Shown: positions 47,638-57,577, counted from the stretch's first letter. The stretch: DNA of 64,000 nt from a virus (IMGVR_UViG_3300010048_000001:1-64000); one strand, 5' to 3'. Made by a program: numbers and translations. The notes: generated by a model from the letters alone, not told the origin.

Positions 47638-48237
47638 TTATGGGTCTGGAATGGTCGCGGTTACGTGGATGCCGAGGGTGATTTCTCCACCGGGCGCTGC
47701 GGGATAGGCGGTTTTTGGATCGTGCATGTAGGCGCCGCCTGGGCAATTATTCCCGCGACGCTGGACTGCCCACACTAACACATCCCCCGCCTTTACGGTG
47801 GAATGGATCTTTGGCGGCTGCAGCGAAGTGTAAAGCGCTCGACAAAGCCCGCCGTCTAACCCACAGCTGGGCCAATCGACAGGCTTGGCTACCTGCACCT
47901 GCGCAACCTCGGGGATGAGGTTGGGATTGACCACCCCAACATTGTTGCCGGAGTGAAAGCCGTTGGGCTGCGGTCCGGCGTTGTAGATCGCGACGGCCGG
48001 ATAATTCGTGAAATCGTTCTCATCGCCGTTAGTGCCGAGACACATCCAGTTCTGGCCGAATTCCTTAAAGACCCAATCGACAACTCCGTCGTGATCAACG
48101 ACTTGGGCTCGCAAGATATTACCGACCGCCGGCAACAGCGCCGGCCCCATCGCGGGAATGACCTCAGTGTAGTTCTCGGCAAGGGCTGGTGTCGTCACAA
48201 GCAACGCGGTCGCGAGGGCGAGCGGAAGATAGTTCAC
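47638..48237 (-). CDS. secreted protein
   Basis: Likely GTG start after AGGAG: MNYLPLALATALLVTTPALA; 4 Cys. Confidence 0.6.
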   Translation of the reverse strand: MNYLPLALATALLVTTPALAENYTEVIPAMGPALLPAVGNILRAQVVDHDGVVDWVFKEFGQNWMCLGTNGDENDFTNYPAVAIYNAGPQPNGFHSGNNVGVVNPNLIPEVAQVQVAKPVDWPSCGLDGGLCRALYTSLQPPKIHSTVKAGDVLVWAVQRRGNNCPGGAYMHDPKTAYPAAPGGEITLGIHVTATIPDP

Positions 48238-48436
48238 TACGTCTTCTCCTTCTCGTTCTTGGATTCGACATAGGCGGTGCGCTCTGTGTCCTCGCCCTTT
48301 AGGGCTGCGGCGAGGCAGGCAAGCAGGATCAGGCCGAAGCCGATTATCCCGCAGCAGAGGACGATATCGAGCGTCATAGCGACTCGGCTTTAGCACAAAA
48401 TGTACCCGTCTGTGAAGGGAGGGAGAAAAAAGTAAT

Positions 48437-48474
48437 GGGTACGACTTGTACCCTGCCACGGCCGTGGTTATATG
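48437..48474 (+). promoter_or_regulatory. sigma70-like promoter of the plus-strand island, overlapped by a GGGTAC-N5-GTACCC operator
   Basis: TTGTAC (48446)-N17-TATATG (48469); palindrome at 48437-48453. Confidence 0.7.
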
Positions 48475-48516
48475 TTGTACCGGAGAAATCCGATACGGCC
48501 GCAGAAGGGAAATCCG

Positions 48517-51335
48517 ATGAAAATCTGGTACGGGGCCACGCCGATGACCGACATCGAAATGGTCTGCCGTCTTATGATCGCTCGCGCCGCCGCGAAGACT
48601 TTAGGCGGCGACAAGCTTGATTGGTTTGACACGATCTTAGCCGCTGCCGGGTATTGGACTCTGCCTGAGTGGGTTCCTGCATTACCCAACGCTTAGGCTA
48701 TGACCAATCACCCTAACCGCAACCGGCGTTATACGCTGCCCAACAGCAAGCGGGTTGCCCAGCGGCACACCTACGACAATGGCTTGGTCGAGATATACGT
48801 GGTGGGAACGGACGGCGTCCGTGCCTGTATTACGCGGCAAGAGCCAGGGATGGCGTGGTGTCTGTACGTAAACGGCAGACTCGTGGTTCGTAGTTTCACG
48901 CTGGGCTTCATGTTGCGGCAACTCGACATGGCGTTAACCGAGGAAGAACACCGATGATCGATAAACCTCATAGCTGGCTAACGAACTGTCCAGAAGCTGC
49001 CGCTGCTCTGCGGCGAGCGGATGCAGCTTACGAACAAGAATGCGCGAATGCCGCACATCTCAAGCTAGCGGACAAGGTGATTTCCTACCGCTGCGCCAAA
49101 CAACGCTGGCGTCAGGCTTACGATCGCATCGCCAACGGCGATTACACCTGAAACCGAGGGAGTTAAGCAATGAGCCGAGCGGTCTGGTTAGGCTGTATCC
49201 TGGTAGCGCATCGCCAGCGCACCGGATCGTATAAAGGATTATCCGACGCGCAAATGCGCGACTTGCTCGCTGCGGTCAGCGCGGGCACCAGCTGGACGAT
49301 GACCTCGCCCAACGCGGGCTATCACTCATCCTCTCCCGTAGTGTGGGCCGTCCCATGAGCCGCGATTACAACGTCGACCTGTTGTGGAGCGACGGCACGC
49401 TAAGCGAGCGCGTGCTGGTCCGCACCACGTCACCCGAGCGCGCTGTTGATCTAGCGGCACGCGTTGTGCGGCAATTCGGTCCAGCGCCTGAGGTGGGCGC
49501 GGCGATCGAGGATAGCGAAGTGAGGATCGGATGAACGCGATCCAGATCTCAGATCACCCCTCAAACCTAGACCCTACTGCGCGCCTCGTATCGACCCCGA
49601 GAGAAGAGCATTCAATTTTCTCAGTACGCGGCGGCTTCATTGCTTGCGTAGGCGCGGCAATGGCGCTGGAAGGTTTGTTTAAGACTGAAGCCGCGGCACG
49701 CGCTGCAATCCGAGCATATTGCGAGGGATGAGAGCCATGCGCACGCCACCCACCAAGATCATCGACAGCGAGAATTACGTGGTCGCTGAGGTCACGCGGA
49801 TGCGCGACTTCAAGGACTACGATTACGTTGCTATCCGGAAAGGGGACAACGTAATTACCGTCGAGATCGCCCAGGTGCCGGACCTGCTGCGCGCCATAAT
49901 GAAGGCGGCAAACACATGACCCATTACGATACATCCGCGAAAGCGTTTCTTGCGGAGCGCAAACTCAACGGCTCGCTGGTGCTCAAGATGACTGCGGAAG
50001 AGCAAAAGGCTCTCAACCGTGATTTTTTGTTCTGGCGCCGGGCGCGCGAATTAGCGAACTTAGTTCAGGAGTGAGGCTATGACCGTCGATCCCGATCACA
50101 CCCTCGTCCTTGCTATCCGCAAGCTATTAGACGGCCAGGAGTGGTCAAGCGACACCCTTGACGAGATTGCTTGGCTGATGACCGAGCACGGATACGCCAT
50201 CCGCGAGCCCACCAACGAAGAGGAGGATGCAGAATGAAGATCACCCTAAACCCGCGCCTCCAGTACGAGACGCGCGACGATGCGGAGCGGATGATCGAGG
50301 TTCATTGCCCTGCTGGATACCTCTACGAGGTTTATCCGGTCAGGACCACGCTCGTGCAGGTGCCGCTGTCGTTTGCCGTCAAGGTTTACGATGGCGACGA
50401 TTGCCGCTTTATCGGCTTCGCGTATGACGCAGAGGCCGAGGCGGATTTCGTAGCAACAGAGGAGGGGTTGCATGGCTAAGTTCATCATCGAATGGACCGT
50501 TATGGTCACAGTCGAAGCGGAGAACCATGAAGCTGCCGATAATCTCGTAAGCGAGTGGACGATCTTCGACGCACTCGACCACAACGCCACCGTCACACAC
50601 CCAACCGCAGCGGTCGAAGGAGCCACGTCATGAAGGAAATTCAATTCGACCAGCAATGCTGGCACCAAGCGCGCGGCCGCAACGGCTTTCTCAACTGCCA
50701 CGGAGTGGCTGTGTCCGATATGTCCGCCAGGGCGCACCTCTCCGATAACCACGCCGAGATTCATCTAAACCCCATAACGAGCAAGGGGCTGGCGAGCGAA
50801 TCCTGTCGCATCCCGATCCGCAAAAGCGCTATCCCGGAGCTTATAGCCGCCCTGCACGCAATCTGGATGGAGACAGCCGCATGAAATCAAGATTGGTAGC
50901 GGCTTGTGTTGTGGTCGCCGCACTCACTAGATGCGCACCCGCGCACAACTGGCAACCGGGGCCGCAAGTCGCCGTGTCCGACTTCGAGCGCGACAAAGCC
51001 AGATGCGATTTCCTAGCACGCCATTCGGGCGGTGGCGGGTTCGCTATAGGCGGGCCGGCATTCCTGATCGGCTATGCCGTGGGGAACGCCATCGCGAGCA
51101 CAAACCGCGTTCAATCGGATTTCAACGACTGTATGATCGACCGAGGATGGGAGGTTGCGCCGTGACCAAGCGTCAGAAGTGTACTGAGTGCGGCCAACTA
51201 TCGCTGCCAGGCTTGGTGCGCGGGCACGGCAAATGCTGGTTTCACTGGGCCGCTGGTTGTTGCTGGGGCCGCACTTGGGCTGAATGGCTCCAATATGGTG
51301 GGTCGAGGCTAATCGCGCACTTTCCCGACAAGTAA
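48517..51335 (+). other. operon of about 14 tiny ORFs (early/host-interaction-like)
   Basis: Overlapping stop/start codons and SD sequences (e.g. 48700-48957, 48954-49151, 49170-49358, 49531-49731, 50234-50479, 50630-50884, 50881-51165); bounded by a promoter and a terminator. No families recognised. Confidence 0.7.
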
Positions 51336-51343
51336 AAAACTCC

Positions 51344-51369
51344 AGCCCGCCTTCTCGGCGGGCTTTTTT
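51344..51369 (+). terminator. rho-independent terminator
   Basis: AGCCCGCC-TTCTC-GGCGGGCT followed by a T-run; A-run upstream; lies between convergent genes. Confidence 0.85.
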
Positions 51370-51775
51370 ATTTCTCACTCGGGAACGGTGTGGATTGGGC
51401 AGCCCGCTCTTGCAGATGCTCGTCGAGCATCGGACGAGGCAAGGGCTTGACGCACTCATGGAGATATCCGAAGGCGTTGAACAACACACCGCAAATGGCG
51501 TCGGTGTCTGGGTGCCGCGCGTAGTGACTCCGCCACCATGCGTGCAGATGCCGCCAAGCAGATTTCATGAAGGCGCTCAGCGGCATCCCCTTTTTCCAAT
51601 TATCCTCATGACGATGAACGTCGGAATTATGACGGCGTAGGTAATCAACATAGACCTCGAGCGCATACGGCGAGAGGCTGCCGTCGAAATCCAATTTCCC
51701 CTCTGTGGTGTCCCGCGCAGCGCCCGAGGCGAATCGGCGCATCAATTCGCGCATTTCCTGTTTTTCTGCATTCAT
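51368..51775 (-). CDS. dATP/dGTP diphosphohydrolase-like (DUF5664) protein
   Basis: FASGAARD...GKLDF, NWKKGMP.S....SAWRHL..W, AICGVLFNA. Confidence 0.7.
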   Translation of the reverse strand: MNAEKQEMRELMRRFASGAARDTTEGKLDFDGSLSPYALEVYVDYLRRHNSDVHRHEDNWKKGMPLSAFMKSAWRHLHAWWRSHYARHPDTDAICGVLFNAFGYLHECVKPLPRPMLDEHLQERAAQSTPFPSEK

Positions 51776-51973
51776 GCGTCGTACCCAATTTGCTCCACCA
51801 AACTGGCTAGTATCGCCACCACATCGTCACGCGTGACAAAAAAATACATTTTCGTGTCGCTCTCTTGGTTCTCCATGACGAACGCGAATCGCTCGGCTGT
51901 ACCTTTGGGGAACTCCACCAAGGCGGTGCAGAACGCGTCAGCTTCCAAGCGGACGGTCATCCCTCATCCGCGC

Positions 51974-53035
51974 TCATTGGATGGCACTATAGATCTTTCC
52001 CTGGTGCTCCCAATGCAGGGCATCGTGAATCAGCACCAATTCCGGCATCAGTAGCTCGCCATCGCGAAATCGTAGGATGACGAACCCGGAGCGCCAGTTA
52101 ACGGGATTCCCTTCTGTGTAATTGAATTGCGGACCATACGGCTGCGCCAGGGTGCCAGTTTCCACGCCCCAGCGAGTCCCATTGTAGTCGGTCCAAGGAA
52201 CGGCCTGAAGTCTGTGCAAATGGCCGGTAACCATGGATTTACCGGCGTCTTTAGCGTTGTTGTATGCCGCATGGATGCCGCCCTTGAACCTATGTTTTAC
52301 AATTACCGAATTATTTATCCATATCGACCAAGCGCACTCCCAATCAGGCAAGTGGTCTGAGAGGCTTACCCCTAACACACCCTCAAGCTCAGGAATACCG
52401 GCAACAATTTTCGTGTCGAATCTTATGTCATGGTTGCCGACTGTCCGGACCCAGCGAATCGCGTCCATACGTGTACGAGCGGCCCGGCGTAAAGCCGCTA
52501 GCCGCTGCTGACAGGCGCCAAGCTCCTCGACAACTGTCGGGCGTTTTTCCCACCCGAGCGGCGGATGGCGGCTAATGCTCGCGCCGTCGAATATGTCGCC
52601 ATTCAAAATAACCGCCTGAATCTCAGGCGCCATAGAAGCGATCACAAACTGAAACGCCCGCATCGCGGGCGTTGGTTCTCCAGGCCAGATGTGGGCGTCA
52701 GAGCCCACAAGGACAATTCCACTGTTGATTTTCAGATCTATCCGGCCAAGATGCGCAGGAACATAACTTTCTGCTTGCTTTTTCTTCGGCTTCTCTGGCT
52801 TAGCCTTTGCTGTTCTTCCCGGTGGATTGTATTCCGGAATAGGAATGTTGCGTGACTTAGCAACGAAACAGGTATGACGAAGCGCGCCGGTGGAAATGCC
52901 TAAAGCGAGCGCCGCCTTGGTTTGCGAACGATGCTCAGCTAATGCCGCCAAGCGGCGCTCAAGTTCCTCGCTTGAGATCGGTTTTTGGCCAACGGCCATC
53001 CGCCAATCCTCCTCGTCGAGGATCATATCACACAA
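51974..53035 (-). CDS. calcineurin-like metallophosphoesterase
   Basis: SDAH, NGDIFD, GNHD, KH, VTGHLHR; N-terminal HTH-like segment. Confidence 0.85.
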   Translation of the reverse strand: MCDMILDEEDWRMAVGQKPISSEELERRLAALAEHRSQTKAALALGISTGALRHTCFVAKSRNIPIPEYNPPGRTAKAKPEKPKKKQAESYVPAHLGRIDLKINSGIVLVGSDAHIWPGEPTPAMRAFQFVIASMAPEIQAVILNGDIFDGASISRHPPLGWEKRPTVVEELGACQQRLAALRRAARTRMDAIRWVRTVGNHDIRFDTKIVAGIPELEGVLGVSLSDHLPDWECAWSIWINNSVIVKHRFKGGIHAAYNNAKDAGKSMVTGHLHRLQAVPWTDYNGTRWGVETGTLAQPYGPQFNYTEGNPVNWRSGFVILRFRDGELLMPELVLIHDALHWEHQGKIYSAIQ

Positions 53036-53213
53036 ACTGTTACAAAATCAATACGTTATGTTATAACGGCAAGATGTTAAGACGTTACGTACCCTACAGG
53101 CTCGGAAATCGATTTTAGCGCCCTCTGGTAAGCGAAACGCTCTGACCCTACTCGGACACGTCCGAGAGACGTTTTGCTCACAGGCGCCCGCCGCCGCGGG
53201 CGGGAAGCGATTT

Positions 53214-53792
53214 TCAGCGAAAGGAGACCTGGAAAACGTTCGACGAGGCCAAGCCCACAAAGCCGCTCGAATTCGCGGGGGCAGCAAGCGTGCCATCGGC
53301 GCGGATCAAAGCCGAGCCTTGCAACACAGCGGGAGCCTGTGGAACCAGCACGATCGAGGTTTTGCCATCGGTCGCGACCCCGATGGTGTTTCGGCCGATG
53401 CTCGTCATCGTAGGCAGCGTTATGGTGACGGTCCCGCCGCCCGAGGCTACCAAAACCGAGCCCCACTCGTTCGCCTGAACGGTATGTGCCCCGGTCACCG
53501 GCAGGAATTGGATAGGGCAGTTAATCGCATCGGTCCCGTTAGAGTACGCGTAAACCTGACAATCGCTGTTTGCCGGGCCAGCAAACGGCATCCCATCAAG
53601 CGTGGGCACACGAGTCGCGCGTGAGGCTCCTCCCGGTGTGATATCTTGAGCTGCCGCTCCCGCAGCCAGGACTATGACGAGCCACCACACGCCAACGGCT
53701 AGGGCGACCACGCCAACCATGCAAGCGCCCATGATTGCGTAGAAGCGCAGACGAGTCGCGCTCGCCCATCTGGCAAATCTCTCGGCGTTCAT
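53214..53792 (-). CDS. membrane/secreted protein with a fibre-type domain
   Basis: Long hydrophobic N-terminus ending AAA|QD; HTVQANEWGSVL...TVTITLP. Confidence 0.55.
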   Translation of the reverse strand: MNAERFARWASATRLRFYAIMGACMVGVVALAVGVWWLVIVLAAGAAAQDITPGGASRATRVPTLDGMPFAGPANSDCQVYAYSNGTDAINCPIQFLPVTGAHTVQANEWGSVLVASGGGTVTITLPTMTSIGRNTIGVATDGKTSIVLVPQAPAVLQGSALIRADGTLAAPANSSGFVGLASSNVFQVSFR

Positions 53793-54904
53793 TAGAGAAA
53801 CAACGCTGACAATTTCGAGGCGATCGGGGTCCCAAGCCCGGTGCATGGATCAGGCCCAACCTTTGCACGGTACAGGCCGTTATTCCCCATCGTGATGTCG
53901 TTGAAGGCGAGATGGTTCTGCCAGAGCGTCGGCGAGACGAAGCCTAACTTCTGTCCGAGAGCGGCAAATACGCCGGCGTACAACGGCGCAACGCAGCTTG
54001 TGCCGCCAAACACGTTATCCGTGCCGCCGAGGGTGATGTAGTAGCCGGTGCTGGGGTCGGCATTTCCAGCCACATCAGGCACCATCCGCATCGTCCCGGT
54101 CGCGCCTGCCATCCAAGTCGGCATAGGGAAGAATTTCGAATAGCCGCCGCCGGTCCCTTCTCCGTCAGGATTGCCGGGATTGTCGTTCCAGACCGTCTCC
54201 GGGTTCGTAAGGCTGGAGTTGTGCGGACGGTTTGTTCCGCCGCAGCCGATGACATGCGGCGCCGCCGCGGGAAGATCGACATTAGACCGCCCGGGTCCGC
54301 CGTCAGCGCTGTCATTGTCGCCTGACGCGGCAAAAATCACCATCCCATTTTGGGTTGCCGCAAGGGCCGCGGCCTCGAGCTGCATCGACGCAGCCTTGCC
54401 CCAACTGACTTCGTCTGATCCCCAGCTGATGCTGCACACATCGCAACCGTCCGCCGCAGCCCGCATAATCCCGTTCGTGATCGCGTCCAGGGTGTTAGCT
54501 GCCCAATACACCCGGATCGTAGCCGGCAAGCCAGAGGCAGCGAAGAAAGCCGCGGCGGCGATCTGGATGTCCAGCGTCACCTCAGCCGAGGCGGGGTCCG
54601 TGACGTCCTGGTTGTTCATCGCCGTACCGTCAACGGAGAAATCCCCGATCTTCGGAAGCGGCTGGCTGAGTCCTCCAAAAAAGCGGCCCATGTCCTCCCA
54701 TTTCCAGCCACCGCCGAGCTCGATAATCCCGATGCGGCCCGTCTTTGCTACGCCGGCCGGCCACGTTTGCCACCCGTAGGATGCCATCAGCTGCGGCACC
54801 CGCCACGGAGCGCGAGAGGAGACGCGCGGGAATTTGATGTACGGGTGCATAAGGCCCCGCCGCTTCAGGTCGGCGATGTAAGCGCGATGGGGTTCGTAGT
54901 TCAT
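53792..54904 (-). CDS. S53 (kumamolisin/sedolisin) peptidase without prodomain
   Basis: IGIIELGGG, EVTLDIQ, SISWG, AASGDND, PDVAGNADP, GGTS.VAPLYAG, FNDIT.GNNG...DPCTGLGTP. Confidence 0.9.
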   Translation of the reverse strand: MNYEPHRAYIADLKRRGLMHPYIKFPRVSSRAPWRVPQLMASYGWQTWPAGVAKTGRIGIIELGGGWKWEDMGRFFGGLSQPLPKIGDFSVDGTAMNNQDVTDPASAEVTLDIQIAAAAFFAASGLPATIRVYWAANTLDAITNGIMRAAADGCDVCSISWGSDEVSWGKAASMQLEAAALAATQNGMVIFAASGDNDSADGGPGRSNVDLPAAAPHVIGCGGTNRPHNSSLTNPETVWNDNPGNPDGEGTGGGYSKFFPMPTWMAGATGTMRMVPDVAGNADPSTGYYITLGGTDNVFGGTSCVAPLYAGVFAALGQKLGFVSPTLWQNHLAFNDITMGNNGLYRAKVGPDPCTGLGTPIASKLSALFL

Positions 54905-55245
54905 GTAATCACCGCTGTTTCTGCGTTGAAATTGCCCGTCTCGTGCATTCCCACTTCGATGCAGTGCACGAGGAGCTTGGTCGGCCCGTAGGGGAAGGTG
55001 GCGATGTATTTCTTGAACTCCGGCGGCACCGGCTCGCCGTCTGGGACTATCTGGAACATCCGCGTGTGCGTTCCGGTAACGACTGGCGGATCGTCGACCA
55101 ACAGAATTACCGCAATCTGCTGCCCGACATCCTCCGGCGCGTTCTCGTAGAACTTCAGCGACACGCTCTCCGCATGGTTCGGGATCACCAGCGTCGCGTT
55201 CCCGCTCGCGTCAAAGGTCGAGATCACTCGGGTGATGATCTTCAT
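54901..55245 (-). CDS. conserved phage hypothetical protein
   Basis: Likely start MKIITR; RMFQIV..GEPVP...YIATF...LVH.IE. Confidence 0.55.
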   Translation of the reverse strand: MKIITRVISTFDASGNATLVIPNHAESVSLKFYENAPEDVGQQIAVILLVDDPPVVTGTHTRMFQIVPDGEPVPPEFKKYIATFPYGPTKLLVHCIEVGMHETGNFNAETAVIT

Positions 55246-55937
55246 AGGAGAAGTTCCAGCTTCGCGTGCTTCGCGATATTTTCCTTTGCCCAGAGCGGGC
55301 GAAGGTTGGTGAAACGAAAACACGCTTTCTGTTGGTTAGGATCGGTTAGATCGAAGGAGGCACACGGGCGGATGTGTTCGATATGCCACGCCGCACGGTT
55401 GTCCCAAGACATCCCCTTCAGGAATTGGCGCTCAAGGTGGGCCATCAATTGTTCGATTGAACAGCCGACTAGCTCAGCAGTTTTCTTGTCCTTGCGGCCG
55501 TTCCCGTGATCCCTCACGGCCCTTCCTATACGCTTGCGGAGCCGGTCGGCTACAGCATAGGCAGGATCTTCTGCCTTCCTCTGACGCCGGGTCGCATTTC
55601 TCTTCTCTTTGTATTCCGGCGTTCTTTTGCGCGCATTCTCGATTTCACGGATCGATTTTTTATAAGTCCTGATTTTCTCTTTATGGCGCTGAGCATGTGC
55701 TCGGTATTCTTCTGCGTGGCCCTCGCATAAAGTACGGCCAGGTACGGCGGGACATTTGCATTTAACGCAGAGCCCAGCCGCCTTATGGCGAGCAATCCTC
55801 ATCAGTCGGTTGGAGCGGTCTTTTGCTGTAGGCTGCTTTTTGTGGTTCCCACACAAGATGCGGCCAGGGATCGCGGGCTTGCCACATTGCGGGCACAGAC
55901 CAGCGTCTCGCCGTTGTATGTGCAAAGCCCTCATCAT
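55242..55937 (-). CDS. HNH homing endonuclease
   Basis: Two GLC..C..PA.PGR.LC..H repeats; VGCS...HLERQF..GMSWDN...WHIEHIRPCASFDL...FTNLRPLW..EN; same family as 43203..43853. Confidence 0.85.
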   Translation of the reverse strand: MMRALHIQRRDAGLCPQCGKPAIPGRILCGNHKKQPTAKDRSNRLMRIARHKAAGLCVKCKCPAVPGRTLCEGHAEEYRAHAQRHKEKIRTYKKSIREIENARKRTPEYKEKRNATRRQRKAEDPAYAVADRLRKRIGRAVRDHGNGRKDKKTAELVGCSIEQLMAHLERQFLKGMSWDNRAAWHIEHIRPCASFDLTDPNQQKACFRFTNLRPLWAKENIAKHAKLELLL

Positions 55938-55939
55938 CC

Positions 55940-57061
55940 CTAATGTCCCTGCGACCACAAGTCCAGGCGCGTAAGCGTCCCGTCCTCATCCCGGCTCTTG
56001 GCGATCTGACGGAGATTGTCCCGTAAAATCACATACGCTTCGGACCCGTCATCATGGAGAATCGGCAGCCCCTGAGCATCACGTCGAAGATGGACTATCG
56101 GATCAAATCCGGCCTCTCCCAGCAAGATATGCTTTCGTGCGTAAGCGCGCCGCCGTTTATCTCCGTGGAAGTTATGCAATACGGTGCCAGAAATACTGCC
56201 AATATTTCTTCTAATATAACGCTTACATCTGTCGGCCCACGCCATTACCATGGCTTTGTAGTTTGGATGCAGACCCGCATGCAGCCCATTCTCGGGCTTG
56301 TCAAGCAAACACCAGGCTTGTACGTGATCTGCCCCGCCCCAAATGTGATGCTCCTGGAACCCCCCTACCGCCTCAAAGGCTTTCTTGCTAAAGGCCCACG
56401 CAATGCCCGGCCATACTCTTGGGGGATACGGGATCGTGCCGGTGGTCGCCAGATTAATGTTTAGCGAATCCAGCGCTCCAACTTCATTTACTTTTTGCTC
56501 TACGGTGCCTTTTACCTGATATATTTGATTCGTGTGAAAGTGAACGAAACCAGGCCCATCCGCATGCGGGAAATCCTGAGGCATCAACTCGTAGTCGGAG
56601 GTAATGTCTCGCGCATGGGAAAACATCTGGACAAAATCGAATATTTGCAGAGCTTGAATCGTGTGACCAATCACGTTCGGCCTGACAAACTGCGTATCCG
56701 CGTCTATCAAGGCGCCGTTTTGCCAATCATACGGGAAATGCTGAACCCCGATATTGGCGGATGCTTCTTTGAGCCACAATTCCGATAACGAGCGGAGTTG
56801 GATGTACCTGTGCCTAAACCTATGATCCTGCCCAAGGACACCGCAATTGGCAGGCATACCATCGAGGCCGCTATCTGTAAAAACGAATTCGCGCCGATTA
56901 AAGGCGATCTCGATTAAGTAAACAACGGCGCCGGCATCCATAAGATGCTTGATCGCACGTACCGCATGCTTATAGCGGCTGCGCCAGCGCCAAACATTCT
57001 GAACGGGTACCAAGCAATAGAGCGGCTCCCGAACTTCGTCTTTCGAAATAAGTACAGACAT
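55940..57061 (-). CDS. GT-A fold glycosyltransferase-like protein
   Basis: LWLKE...NIG, LIDAD (DxD), FVQMFS, PGIAWAF...F.AVGGF, GGAD, VLHNFHG. Confidence 0.65.
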   Translation of the reverse strand: MSVLISKDEVREPLYCLVPVQNVWRWRSRYKHAVRAIKHLMDAGAVVYLIEIAFNRREFVFTDSGLDGMPANCGVLGQDHRFRHRYIQLRSLSELWLKEASANIGVQHFPYDWQNGALIDADTQFVRPNVIGHTIQALQIFDFVQMFSHARDITSDYELMPQDFPHADGPGFVHFHTNQIYQVKGTVEQKVNEVGALDSLNINLATTGTIPYPPRVWPGIAWAFSKKAFEAVGGFQEHHIWGGADHVQAWCLLDKPENGLHAGLHPNYKAMVMAWADRCKRYIRRNIGSISGTVLHNFHGDKRRRAYARKHILLGEAGFDPIVHLRRDAQGLPILHDDGSEAYVILRDNLRQIAKSRDEDGTLTRLDLWSQGH

Positions 57062-57191
57062 ATCTTAAAGCCTTCCCCGAACAGAGCCTGCGACGCTTCG
57101 TGAGCGAGTCCCGAAGGGGTGACGCGACCCACTCTGCCGGGGAAGCAAGGGGAGCCGCGCGTCGCAGTTTCGCGGCTGGTTCATTGCGGGA

Positions 57192-57503
57192 TTACGGACC
57201 GGTAATAACCGCTGTGTCCGGGTTGAAATCGCCAGTTTCGGCAACCGGAACGGCTTGCACGATGACGACCATCGGAGCAACAACGCAGGGCCCGACAAGC
57301 GGCGCTACGCTGGTACCGGTATAGGTCATATTCGCAGTGCCGGGGCTGACGGCCACGACCGTCCAGGTAACCATGTCGGCTGCTAGCGCGATGGTGGCCA
57401 CTGCGGCATTGTCGCTAGCAACGGCGCCGTCGGGCGGCGGGGCTGCGCTAAAGGTGAGCGCGTTAACGGCCTGTTGGCCTACAGTCAGGGTCGGAAGTGC
57501 CAT
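57192..57503 (-). CDS. Ig-like (Big-2-like) small protein
   Basis: SDNAAVATI...VVAVSPGTANMT; RBS AAAGGA. Confidence 0.55.
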   Translation of the reverse strand: MALPTLTVGQQAVNALTFSAAPPPDGAVASDNAAVATIALAADMVTWTVVAVSPGTANMTYTGTSVAPLVGPCVVAPMVVIVQAVPVAETGDFNPDTAVITGP

Positions 57504-57577
57504 GGAGGGTACGTTTCCTTTCTCCTCTCGTCTTCGAGAGGCCCCGAATTGTACCCGATTTTCGTTACGATGTCATG

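Noticed and set aside
51368-51775. 2-aminoadenine (Z-genome) pathway
   Set aside because: Only a DUF5664-like gene is present; no purZ or dedicated polymerase in the window.
55242-55960. Gene-end duplication around the second HNH
   Set aside because: The upstream end (RLDLWSQGH) and HNH end (KLELLL) show no convincing repeat.
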